Positions 24,523-34,114 of a stretch of 64,000 nucleotides of DNA are shown here, piece by piece. The notes beneath the pieces were generated by a model. The model did no database searches. It was not told where the DNA came from and was given only the letters and a program-made list of their open reading frames with translations. The number at the start of each line of letters is the position of its first letter. Position 1 is the first letter of the stretch. Source of the stretch: an uncultured Actinomycetota bacterium (GTDB lineage: Bacteria > Actinomycetota > Actinomycetes > JACCUZ01); assembly GCA_963757295.1 (NCBI GenBank), contig CAVWQZ010000011.1, positions 36,899 through 100,898 of the forward strand, in the 5' to 3' direction. Position numbers and translations under genes: made by a program.

Positions 24523-25209
24523 GTGAGCGACCTGATCGACACCACCGAGATGTACCTCCGCACCGTCTTCGAGCTGGAGGAAGAGGGTGTGGTGCCGCTG
24601 CGCGCGAGGATCGCCGAGCGGCTGGGCCAGTCCGGTCCGACGGTGTCGCAGACGGTCGCCCGGATGGAGCGCGACGGGCTGATCACCGTCGAGGGCGACC
24701 GCCATCTCGAGCTGAGCGACCACGGCCGGTCGCTGGCCACCCGCGTCATGCGCAAGCACCGGCTGGCCGAGTGCCTGCTCGTCCAGGTGATCGGCCTGGA
24801 CTGGGAGCTCGTGCACGAGGAGGCCTGCCGGTGGGAGCACGTGATGTCCGAGACGGTCGAGCGCAAGCTGCTCGAGGTGCTCGGCCACCCCACCACCTCG
24901 CCGTACGGCAACCCGATCCCCGGGCTGGCCGAGCTGGGCGAGACCGGCGGCGCGTCCCCCGGCCTCGACGGGCTGGTGACCCTGGACCAGGTTCCGGCCC
25001 AGGACGGGGCCACGGTCGTCGTACGCCGGCTCGCCGAGCCGTTGCAGACCGACACGGTGCTGATGTCGAGGCTGCGGCGGGCGGGCGTGCAGCCCGGCGA
25101 GGTCATCACGGTGGCCGCCTCGGCCGGCGGGCTGCTGGTCGGCTGCGCCGGGGAGACCACCGAGATCAGCGCGGCGGTGGCCTCGCACGTCTTCGTGACC
25201 GCGTCCTGA
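24523..25209 (+). CDS. ideR: DtxR/IdeR metal-dependent regulator
   Basis: DTTEMYLRT, MRKHRLAE, EACRWEHVMS and SPYGNPIPGL motifs. Confidence 0.93.
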   Translation: MSDLIDTTEMYLRTVFELEEEGVVPLRARIAERLGQSGPTVSQTVARMERDGLITVEGDRHLELSDHGRSLATRVMRKHRLAECLLVQVIGLDWELVHEEACRWEHVMSETVERKLLEVLGHPTTSPYGNPIPGLAELGETGGASPGLDGLVTLDQVPAQDGATVVVRRLAEPLQTDTVLMSRLRRAGVQPGEVITVAASAGGLLVGCAGETTEISAAVASHVFVTAS

Positions 25210-25384
25210 CCGGGCGGACAGCCGGGGCCCGGTATGCCCGGGTTTCTGGCGTCTGACACGCCAAATGGACCCCCGGTTTGGCTGCCTATGTGATGGTCCC
25301 GTAATCTGCTCGGCGCTGCTCCGGAAACCCGGAGTGGCGCACGGCCGGCCGCCTAGTCCTGCCCCGTCCGTGCAGCACACCGAT

Positions 25385-25535
25385 TCCCGTCTGGCAGGAG
25401 CGGGGGACCCACTTTTGTGGGCCCTCAGGGGTCCTTTGGGGTGAAGCCGACTAGGTCAGGCCGTGATGGCTGACCGTGGCGGCCGGGCAACTCCCGCCCG
25501 AACCCGACAGCTCACCTCGTAGGCGTGGGAGAGGA
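25385..25535 (+). ncRNA. c-di-AMP (ydaO/yuaA) riboswitch
   Basis: GGCAGGAGCGGGGGACCC...GGGGTGAAGCC...GGCCGGGCAACTCCCGCCCGAACCCGACAGCTCACCTCGTAGGCG. Confidence 0.9.
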
Positions 25536-25542
25536 ACACGGC

Positions 25543-26295
25543 TTGTCCCACAAGCACCGCCGACCTAGCAAGATCTCGCGCATCAGCCGCCAACCCCTGA
25601 ACATCGGCATGGCCGCCGGCGTTGCGGGCACGGTGGCCGTCACCGGAACCCTGGTCGCTTCGGCCGCTCCGGTCCCGACCGCGGCATCTGAGACGAAGCA
25701 CGCCTCGGTCAGCCCTGCCGCCAGCTTGGCCACCATCTCCAAGGACCACGCCGCCCAGCGAGCACTCGAGGCTCAGTTCGATGCGCAGCGTGCGGCCGCG
25801 GCCAAGAAGCTCGCGGCCAAGAAGGCGAAGGCCGCAGCCGCCAAGCGGGCTGCCGCCAAGCGGGCCGCACTGCGTGCTGCGGAGGCCCGCAAGAAGGCCG
25901 CCTCGCGTTCCAACAGCTTCGGCCGCACCGACGAGCGGATGTCCCGCAGCGCCGCCAACGTGCTCTCGATCGCGGCCGCACAGTCCGGCGACCGATACGC
26001 GTACGGCGGGACCGGACCGGACTCGTTCGACTGCTCCGGGTTCACGCAGTACGTGTTCGGCAAGGTCGGCATCTCGTTGCCGCACTCGTCCGGGGCGCAG
26101 CGCTCGATGGCGCGTCGCATCTCCTCCCCGCAGCCGGGCGACCTGGTGTTCGTCCACAACGGCGGCGGCGGCAGCGTCAGCCACGTCGCGATCTACGCCG
26201 GCAACGGCTACTGGTACGAGGCGTCCAACCCCTCCACCGGGGTCGGCAAGCACCGCGCCTGGTCCTCGAACGTGTCCTACGGGCGCGTCCTCTAG
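25543..26295 (+). CDS. NlpC/P60 (C40) peptidoglycan hydrolase
   Basis: YAYGGTGPDSFDCSG, PGDLVF and SHVAIYAG motifs; Ala/Lys-rich linker. Confidence 0.92.
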   Translation: MSHKHRRPSKISRISRQPLNIGMAAGVAGTVAVTGTLVASAAPVPTAASETKHASVSPAASLATISKDHAAQRALEAQFDAQRAAAAKKLAAKKAKAAAAKRAAAKRAALRAAEARKKAASRSNSFGRTDERMSRSAANVLSIAAAQSGDRYAYGGTGPDSFDCSGFTQYVFGKVGISLPHSSGAQRSMARRISSPQPGDLVFVHNGGGGSVSHVAIYAGNGYWYEASNPSTGVGKHRAWSSNVSYGRVL

Positions 26296-26347
26296 GGCAG
26301 AGCGACCCACGCACGTGGGCTGATATCCCCCCCGTCAGCCCACCAAG

Positions 26348-26381
26348 AGACCCCGGAGCCACCCCCCGGCTCCGGGGTCTC
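26348..26381 (+). terminator. Intrinsic terminator-like hairpin
   Basis: GAGACCCCGGAGCC / GGCTCCGGGGTCTC. Confidence 0.8.
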
Positions 26382-26629
26382 GCTCTGCCTGCCACCCGAC
26401 CCCCCTCCCCTCCCATCCCCGGTGATCATGCGTTCCGCGCGAACCCGCAGGAACTGCATGATGCACTGGCATATGGGTGACGGCAACCGGGTGATGTCTG
26501 CCACGTCAACCGTTGTCCGGTGGCGTTTCCGTGATCCGTTTGTGATACTTCCGGAGCCGCCTCACTCGTCGTGGGGCGGTGTTTCGCGTGTGGACGCCAA
26601 GTCCTGCCGCGCACGCGAGCTTCCTCAAC

Positions 26630-26757
26630 ATCACAACGGCAGGAGTGGGGGACCCAAGATCGGGCCCTCCGGGGCCTAGGGGTGAAGCCGCCGTACCAGG
26701 TGGCCGGGCGAACTCCCGTCCGAACCCGACAGCTGACCTCACAGGCGTGGGAGAGGG
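26630..26757 (+). ncRNA. c-di-AMP (ydaO/yuaA) riboswitch
   Basis: GGCAGGAGTGGGGGACCC...GGGGTGAAGCC...CCGAACCCGACAGCTGACCTCACAGGCG. Confidence 0.9.
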
Positions 26758-26763
26758 TTCTCG

Positions 26764-27501
26764 TTGTCCACGCTGTCTGTTTCCGTGCGCCCCCATCGGG
26801 TGCGCCACCTCCTTCGGGCGCTCGCGGTCGCACTGATCGCCGGAGCCTTGCTCCTCATCGGCGGGGTCTCTCCCGTCGCGGCCGCGCCGCCGCGCGCGGT
26901 CACGAAGACCCCGTCCCTCGAGTACGGCGACCAGAGCGCTGCCGTCAGCTGGGTCCAGCGCAAGCTGCACATCAGCCCGAGCTCGGGCTACTTCGGCCCG
27001 CGCACGAAGGCCGCCGTGAAGCGCTTCCAGCACCGTTCCGGACTGCCCCGCACCGGGATGGTCGGCCGGCGGACGTGGAAGGCGCTCGGCGTACGGCCGT
27101 CGTCCACGTCACGTGTCGAGTCGAGTGCGGCGTCGCGCTCCGCGGCCGGCTCGAGGCGGGACGCTCTCGTCCTGCGGATCGCGGCGAAGCAGAAGGGCAA
27201 GCCCTACCGCTACGGCGCCAGGGGCCCCGGTTCCTTCGACTGCTCGGGGTTCGTCGGCTACGTCTACAGCAAGGCCGGCGTCTCGCTGCCGCGCACCTCG
27301 GGTGCGATCCGGGCCAAGGCGCGGCGGATCAGTGCGGCGCAGGCCCGGCCCGGCGACCTGGTGTTCGTGCAGCGGCACGGTCGCGTGTCGCACGTGGCGA
27401 TCTACGCCGGCCACGGCCGCTGGTGGGAGGCGTCGAACTCCTCGCGCCCCGTCGGCAAGAACAAGGCCTGGACGCGCAGCGTCTCCTACGGGCGCGTCTA
27501 G
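26764..27501 (+). CDS. Peptidoglycan-binding domain + NlpC/P60 hydrolase
   Basis: Signal peptide; GYFGPRTKAAVKRFQ, FDCSG and SHVAIYAG motifs. Confidence 0.92.
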   Translation: MSTLSVSVRPHRVRHLLRALAVALIAGALLLIGGVSPVAAAPPRAVTKTPSLEYGDQSAAVSWVQRKLHISPSSGYFGPRTKAAVKRFQHRSGLPRTGMVGRRTWKALGVRPSSTSRVESSAASRSAAGSRRDALVLRIAAKQKGKPYRYGARGPGSFDCSGFVGYVYSKAGVSLPRTSGAIRAKARRISAAQARPGDLVFVQRHGRVSHVAIYAGHGRWWEASNSSRPVGKNKAWTRSVSYGRV

Positions 27502-27522
27502 ACGTCTCGACCCCAGCGCTCA

Positions 27523-27560
27523 GAGGCGCCCTCCACCCGCGTCGGGTGGAGGGCGCCTTC
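27523..27560. terminator. Bidirectional terminator hairpin
   Basis: AGGCGCCCTCCACCCG / CGGGTGGAGGGCGCCT. Confidence 0.85.
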
Positions 27561-27566
27561 GCGCAG

Positions 27567-28231
27567 CTAGTCGCGTGCCGCGAGCAGGCGCTTCATCCGG
27601 GAGATCTCGACCCGCTGGTCGGAGTCCATGTGCTGAGCGAGCTGAAAGACCTGTGACTCCTGACCACCCTGGCCGCCGCCCAGGAGCTGATCGACCATGA
27701 CGACCGCGCCCTCGTGGTGACGGATCATGTACTGCAGGAACAGCGTCTCGAACCGCTTCCCTGCGAGCCGATCTCGAGTTGCGCGAGCTCCTCGGCGGTG
27801 AGCATTCCGGGCATCAGCTCGGCGTGCCCGGCTCCGTGATGGGCGTGCGCGCCCGGCACGTCCTCCCCGCGATCCTTCAGCCAGACCTCGAGCTGAGCGA
27901 TCTCGTCGGTCTGCCCCACATCCATCCGCTTCGCCAGGGCCCGCATGTCGGGGCTCTCCGTCCGCTGCTCGACCATGGCCGTCATCTCCAGGGCCTGCTG
28001 GTGGTGGGGGATCATCCCCTGCACGAAGGCCACGTCGGCATCGGTATAGCGCGGGGGCGGTGATGCTCGGCGGCCTCGTCGTCGGACAGCGTGCGGTTGC
28101 TCTCGCTCGGCCCGCCCAGCTGCACGACCGGGGCGTCGCCTCGGCCGGACTCGTCGGACGGCGTCGGATGTGCAGCCGACCGAGGACCAGCAGCGCAGAC
28201 GGCCGATAGCCAGCACCGCGTACGTACGCAT
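27567..28231 (-). CDS. DUF305 ferritin-like protein, probable lipoprotein (frameshifts)
   Basis: FVQGMIPHHQQALEM, MPGM and YMIRHHEGAV motifs. Confidence 0.85.
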
Positions 28232-28398
28232 GTCATTGAGGATTTCTCCCGTCGATGCCCGAAATCGCCCGAGAATCGGCCCTGGCGGGGCAGGCACGGG
28301 CATTGTTACGTTGCTCCCAGATCGTACGGTCGAAGCGGCCCGTCGACACCCCCGCGGCTTCGGGCTGACGGCCGGTCACCTCAGGCGAGGAGCAGGGC

Positions 28399-30249
28399 AT
28401 GGCAGTCCACGCATCGGGTATCCGAGCGCACGTGCAGTCAGGCGGCGTCGGTGGGCGTGCTGCAGTCGCGGTCGCTGGTGGCCACGATGGCGCCCGTCTC
28501 GGCCTCGCGCGGCCGACGACCCACGGGTCGGTCTTGCGCCGGGCTACTTCCCGTGGACGGAGGCCAGCAGCAACATCGAGCTCCTCGACAACGACCCGAG
28601 GGTGGCGCCGTTCGACGCCGCGCCCGGCAACTTCGGCTTCGTCAACTCCGACCTCGCCTTCACCGGCAACCACGCGATCGTCGGCAGCTTCAACGGCTTC
28701 CAGGTCTACGACGTCTCCGACCCGACCGACCCGACGCTGCGCTCGTCGTTCGTCTGCCCCGGCGGGCAGGGTGACCCGTCCGGTCTACGGCAACCTGCTG
28801 TTCATGTCGGTCGAGGAGACCCGGGGCCGGATCGACTGCGGCATCGCAGGGCGCCCCCGGCCCGGTCAACCTCGAGCGCTTCCGCGGCGTGCGGATCTTC
28901 GACATCAGCAACCTCGACAACCCGGTGCAGCTGCCCGGCGTGCAGACCTGCCGCGGCTCGCACACCCACACGCTCGTCACCGACCCCGACGACCCGGACG
29001 AACATCTACATCTACAACTCCGGCACGGCCGGCGTCCGGTCCGCCGCTCGAGCTGGCCGGGCTGCGAGAACGCCAACGCCAACACCCAGGCCCCGGTGAC
29101 GACCGGCAACCCGACGCAGTGGCGCATCGACGTCATCAAGGTGCCGCTGGCGGCTCCCGAGACGGCCGCCGTCGTGAGCCAGCCGCGGATCTTCACCGAC
29201 CCGGCGACCGGCGCGTTCAACGGCCTGCAGAACACCGCTGCCCGGCACGCTGCACCCGTCGGGCACCGCGTACTCGCCGACTGCCGAACACCAACACCTG
29301 CCACGACATCACGGCCTACCCGGCGCTCGGCCTGGCCGCCGGCGCCTGCCAGGGCAACGGCATCCTGCTCGACATCTCCGACCCGGTGAACCCGGTGCGG
29401 CTCGATGCGGTGTCCGACCCGAACTTCTCCTACTGGCACTCGGCGACGCTCAACAACGACGGCACCAAGGTGATCTTCACCGACGAGTGGGGCGGCGGCA
29501 CGTCCGCCCGCTGCCGGGCCACCGACCAGCCGGAGTGGGGCGCCGACGCCCTCTTCGACATCGTCGACGGTCAGATGGAGTTCGCGCAGCTACTACAAGA
29601 TGCCGGCGGTGCAGACCGTCAGCGAGAACTGCGTCGCCCACAACTCGTCGCTGGTCCCGGTGCCCGGGCGCGACATCCTGGTGCAGGCGTGGTACCAGGG
29701 CGGCCTGTCGGTGATCGACTTCACCGACACCGCGAACCCCGTCGAGATCGCGTTCTTCGACCGGGGCCCGATCAACGCCGTTCCCGATCCCGACCCGACA
29801 ACCCGAACCGGATCAACCTCGGTGGGCTGTGGTCGACGTACTGGTACAACGGCACGGTCTACGGCACCGAGATCGCCCGCGGGCTTCGACACGTTCGGCC
29901 TGATGACGAGCGACCAGATGTCGGAGAACGAGATCGGCGCGGCCTCGCGAGGTGCACGTCGGACGAGTTCAACGCCCAGCACCAGACCGCCGATCACGCT
30001 GGGCGCCGAGCTTCAACGTCGCCGGCTCCTACTTCGACCAGGCGGTACGGTCCGGCGCGCTCAGACGGCAAGACGCACGACAAGGTGGCGAAGTCGCTGC
30101 GAGAAGGCGGAGAAGCTCGCAGACAAGGGTGAGACCGCATCAGCCGATCGACCTGCTGAACACCGCGATCCGAGCAGCTCGGCGACACGGGCGACCAGGG
30201 CGAGCTCAAGGAGGCGCTCCAGGACCTGGTGGACTCGCTGGAGGGCTAA
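28399..30249 (+). CDS. Secreted LVIVD-repeat beta-propeller protein (multiple frameshifts)
   Basis: NSDLAF, CPGGQGD, CRGSHTHT, CHDIT, WHSAT, DEWGGG, NCVAHN and QAWYQGG motifs. Confidence 0.85.
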
Positions 30250-30283
30250 CCGGTAGCGGCCACCAGCGCCCGCGAGCGAAGCG

Positions 30284-30323
30284 ACGCCCCGTCACCCCCG
30301 ATGACGCAGGGGTGACGGGGCGC
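30284..30323. terminator. Terminator hairpin
   Basis: CGCCCCGTCACCCC / GGGGTGACGGGGCG. Confidence 0.8.
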
Positions 30324-30418
30324 TGCTGCTTCTCCGCTGTGTGTCCGCTGTTGGCCCAGATGCCCCTGTCTACGCGCGGGAAACCGGCGCGTCGCCAACC
30401 TTCGGCCAAGCGAGCGGA

Positions 30419-30733
30419 CTAGCTGCCGTCGGCGTCCTCGCCGTCGCCCTCGATGACGACGACCTGGTAGTTCTCGTCGAGGCGCACGTCCACGGTCTTG
30501 CCGTTGGGCTTGGTGACCTCGACCTCCCAGGTGGCGCCGTTCTCACCGTCGCGCTCCACCGCGTTGGCCTTGCCTCCGTGGGTGGCTTCGAGGGCAGCGG
30601 CGGTGGCCGCCTCGGCCTGCGGACCGGTCACGTGCGCCTCGCCGTCGTCGCCACTGGCGATCGCGACGCCGCCGCCGGTGACTGCCGCCGCGAGGGCGAT
30701 CGCCGCGCCTGCACCAAGTACTCGCTTGCGCAT
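30419..30733 (-). CDS. PepSY domain secreted protein
   Basis: Signal peptide; WEVEVTKPNGKTVDVRLD. Confidence 0.85.
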   Translation of the reverse strand: MRKRVLGAGAAIALAAAVTGGGVAIASGDDGEAHVTGPQAEAATAAALEATHGGKANAVERDGENGATWEVEVTKPNGKTVDVRLDENYQVVVIEGDGEDADGS

Positions 30734-30780
30734 CTCCGGCCTCCGTCTCGGTAGGTACGCCTCTCATTGTGGCCACCTGG

Positions 30781-30830
30781 CCTGAAGCCACGCTGAACGG
30801 CTGTTCGGAGGGATTCAGCCCGCGTTCAGC
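30781..30830. promoter_or_regulatory. Two oppositely oriented TTCAG(C)-N5-TTCAG(C) boxes (OmpR-type sites)
   Basis: CTGAA at 30782 and 30793; TTCAGC at 30814 and 30825 (11-bp period). Confidence 0.7.
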
Positions 30831-30852
30831 CGGACGGTGACACCGTGGCTGC

Positions 30853-31530
30853 GTGCGCATCCTGGTCGTGGAGGACGACAAGCACGTCGCGCGCGCCGTG
30901 AAGCGTGGCCTGGAGGCGGAGGGCTTCGCCGTGGATGTGGCGTTCGACGGCACCGACGGCAGGTGGCTGGCCACCGAGAACGCCTACGACGCGATGGTGC
31001 TGGACATCATGCTGCCCGGGACCAACGGCTACGACCTGTGTGCCGAGCTTCGTCGGGCGGGGGACTGGACGCCGATCCTGATGCTGACGGCCAAGGACGG
31101 CGAGCAGGACGAGGCGCGGGCCCTCGACACGGGCGCCGACGACTTCCTGGCCAAGCCCTTCTCGTACGTCGTGCTGCGGGCCCGGCTTCGCGCGCTGCTG
31201 CGGCGGGGCGGTCACGAGCGGCCGAGCATGCTGACCGCCGGCGACCTGGTGCTCGACCCTGCCGCCCACCGGGTGTGGCGGGCGGACACCGTTGTCGAGC
31301 TGACACCGCGCCAGTTCGCGCTGCTGGAGTTCATGATGCGGCGGGCGGGCGAGGTCCTGTCCAAGACCGAGATCCTCGAGCACGTCTGGGACTTCGCGTT
31401 CGACGGCGACCCCAACATCGTCGAGGTCTACGTGCGGCAGCTGCGGCAGCGCATCGACCACCCCTTCGACCGGGCCAGCCTGCAGACCGTGCGCCTGGTG
31501 GGCTACCGGCTGGACCCGGACGGTGGCTGA
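30853..31530 (+). CDS. OmpR family response regulator
   Basis: ILVVEDD, LDIMLP, KPF and NIVEVYV motifs. Confidence 0.95.
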   Translation: MRILVVEDDKHVARAVKRGLEAEGFAVDVAFDGTDGRWLATENAYDAMVLDIMLPGTNGYDLCAELRRAGDWTPILMLTAKDGEQDEARALDTGADDFLAKPFSYVVLRARLRALLRRGGHERPSMLTAGDLVLDPAAHRVWRADTVVELTPRQFALLEFMMRRAGEVLSKTEILEHVWDFAFDGDPNIVEVYVRQLRQRIDHPFDRASLQTVRLVGYRLDPDGG

Positions 31531-32905
31531 CGTGGCCGCCCGGCGCCGCTGGTCACTCCCGAGGTGGCGCTCGGTGCGCGCCCGCACCACCCTGCTGGCC
31601 ACTCTTGTTGTCGGTGTGGCGCTGGCCGCCGGGGCCGTGATCCTGTTGCTCTCGCTGCAGAACTCGCTGGTCCGCAGTGGTGACGCGGCGGCCGTGGCGA
31701 AGGCGCGCGACCTGGCGGCGGTGGTCGACTCCGGAGGGTTGCCGTCGACGGTGACGGCACCGGGCGAGGACGACGTCGTACAGGTCGTCGACTCCGCGGG
31801 ACGCGTGGTCGCTGCGAGCGACAACGCGAGCGGTTGGCCGCCGATCGCGTCGTTCCGTCCCGATGGCGGCGCACCGGTCGTGCACACGGCGTACGACGTG
31901 GCCGACGGCAGCGACCTCGAGGACTACCGGGTGTGGGGCGTTCGGGCCGGCACCGACGAGCAGCCGCTGGTCGTCTATGTCGGGACCAGCCTCGAGGCGG
32001 TCTCGGAGGCGACCGCACAGCTGCGCGCCGCCCTCGCCGTGGGGCTGCCGGTCATGGTGGCCCTGCTCGCCTTCAGCACCTGGTGGATGGTCGGGCGGAC
32101 GCTGCGCCCGGTCGAGGGGATCCGGTCGGAGGTCTCGGAGATCGAAGCGCTGGCCCTGGACCGCCGCGTGCCGGTCCCGCCCACGGACGACGAGATCAGC
32201 AGGCTGGCCGAGACGATGAACGCGATGCTCGACCGCCTGGAGGCGGCCAGTCGGCGGCAGCGCGAGTTCGTCGCCGATGCGTCCCACGAGCTGCGCAGCC
32301 CGCTGGCGGCGTTCCGCGCCCAGCTCGAGGTGGCGCTCGAGCACCCGGGCGACGCCGACTGGGAGGCGACCGCCGTGGCGCTGTTGGCGGACAGCGACCG
32401 GATGGAGCGCATCGTCGGTGACCTGCTCTACCTCGCCCGGACCGATGCCCTGCCACCCGAGCCATCGCCGACTCTGGTCGACCTGGACGACATCGTCCTC
32501 GACGAGGTCAACCGCCTCCGTTCCCATGCGGGGGTGCAGATCGACACCTCGCAGGTCTCGGCCGCACCGGTGCGCGGCAGCAGGGAGGAGCTGTGCCGCC
32601 TGGTCCGCAACCTCCTCGACAACGCGGTCCGGCATGCCCGGTCCTCGGTGCGGGTCGAGCTCGCGACGGCCGGCGACGAGGTCGTGCTGGCCGTCGAGGA
32701 CGACGGGCCCGGCGTCCCGTCGGATCAGCGGCAGCGCATCTTCGAACGCTTCGTGCGTCTGGACGCTGCTCGCTCGCCGGACGGAGGAACGGGGCTCGGG
32801 CTGGCGATCGTGCACGCGATCACCGTGCGGCACAGCGGTGAGGTGTCGCTCGAGCCGTCTGCCGTTGGCGCTCGCTTGGTGGTGCGGCTGCTCGCGCCTG
32901 GCTAG
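31523..32905 (+). CDS. HAMP sensor histidine kinase
   Basis: DASHELRSPL, NLLDNA, DDGPG and GTGLGL motifs. Confidence 0.95.
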   Translation: MADVAARRRWSLPRWRSVRARTTLLATLVVGVALAAGAVILLLSLQNSLVRSGDAAAVAKARDLAAVVDSGGLPSTVTAPGEDDVVQVVDSAGRVVAASDNASGWPPIASFRPDGGAPVVHTAYDVADGSDLEDYRVWGVRAGTDEQPLVVYVGTSLEAVSEATAQLRAALAVGLPVMVALLAFSTWWMVGRTLRPVEGIRSEVSEIEALALDRRVPVPPTDDEISRLAETMNAMLDRLEAASRRQREFVADASHELRSPLAAFRAQLEVALEHPGDADWEATAVALLADSDRMERIVGDLLYLARTDALPPEPSPTLVDLDDIVLDEVNRLRSHAGVQIDTSQVSAAPVRGSREELCRLVRNLLDNAVRHARSSVRVELATAGDEVVLAVEDDGPGVPSDQRQRIFERFVRLDAARSPDGGTGLGLAIVHAITVRHSGEVSLEPSAVGARLVVRLLAPG

Positions 32906-32908
32906 ACG

Positions 32909-33738
32909 TCACGGGTTGGGGTTGCCCAGCGGGCCGGTCCCTTCGGATCCGGTGACCTGGTCCATCGGTGAGCAGCTCCTCACGACCCGCCCCGCCGGAC
33001 GCGGTCAGGATGAGGACCGGGCCCACGCCCTTGGCGTAGAGCTTGTACTCGAGGACGTCGGGCTCGAGCGGGGTGAAGTCCTTGGTGAGCAAGGCGTCGC
33101 GGTAACTGGCCGGACGGGCACCTCCGCCAGCTCGTCGGTGCTGAGGACCCGTCCGCTGTCCTCTGCCTCGCCCTTGTAGTACTCCTGGCGGTACTCCATG
33201 CCCGGCTGCGGGTCGGCCGGGATCGCGATGCCGGGGAGCGCGCCGTCGACGCCCGCTTCGAACGAGCCGGCGCGACTCGAGACCTTCCCGTCCTCGAACT
33301 CTGCGGTGTCCTCGCCGAGGTACCAGATGTTTCCCTTGGCGTCCTGCGCGTACCAGTCGTTGGTGTCCTCCACGATCTCGCCGTCCTCGGTGACGGTGTC
33401 GCGCACGACGCGGGCGGTGATCCCGTTGGCGATCTTCTTGGTGAGGTCGGTGACGATGACCACCACCTTCGCCTCGCCGCCCTCCCCGTCGGTCTCGCGG
33501 TAGGTCCAGCGGGTCCCCGGCTTCATCGGCCAGTAGGGGTTGTCGATCTCGGTCGTGAAGTCGGCCGGATCGAGGTGCACCGGCGCGTCGCCCTGGGGCA
33601 GCTGCTGCGGCGTGCGGCGCGGTGCGAGGTCGTGGAGGTCGGTGGCGACGACTTCTTCGAGGGGCCGCTGGAGCAGCTGCCCAGCGCGCCCGCTGACAGC
33701 GCGATGGCGAGTGCGGCGCAGGTCTGGCGCGTCAGCAT
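32909..33738 (-). CDS. Conserved hypothetical lipoprotein (frameshifts)
   Basis: Lipobox ALGSC; IDNPYWP, DWYAQD...WYLGE and YRQEYY motifs. Confidence 0.75.
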
Positions 33739-33783
33739 GATCGGCACCTTTCTGGGGTATCCCAGGGAGAGTGCCAAAAGGCG

Positions 33784-33800
33784 GCTGAACCCGCGCTGAA
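33784..33800 (-). promoter_or_regulatory. TTCAGC-N5-TTCAGC box upstream of the lipoprotein
   Basis: GCTGAA at 33784 and 33795 on the + strand. Confidence 0.7.
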
Positions 33801-33916
33801 CGGCAAGCCGAGTGACGAAACGGTCACTCTGTGCCAGGCCGGACCGCTAGCCCGATGGAGGGGGCCCGCAATGGGGCCTGTATGCTCGCGTTTTACGATC
33901 CCGACGAGGAGTGTTC

Positions 33917-34111
33917 ATGCTGAAGTACCTTGACGCCGGCACCGGCAGCATGCTCGTGCAGATGGTTGTCGCAGGTGTCGCCGGCGCTGCGGTGTTCTTC
34001 AAGCTCGGTTGGGCGAAGGTCACCGCCCCGTTCCGGCGCAAGCGCTCCGACGACGTCATCGAGCCCGAGCGGCAGCACGCGCAGGCGCAGCACCAGCCCG
34101 CCGACGACTGA
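33917..34111 (+). CDS. Small single-TM protein with YLDAGTGS motif
   Basis: RBS GAGGAG; MLKYLDAGTGSMLVQMVVAGVAGAAVFFK. Confidence 0.8.
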   Translation: MLKYLDAGTGSMLVQMVVAGVAGAAVFFKLGWAKVTAPFRRKRSDDVIEPERQHAQAQHQPADD

Positions 34112-34114
34112 CGC

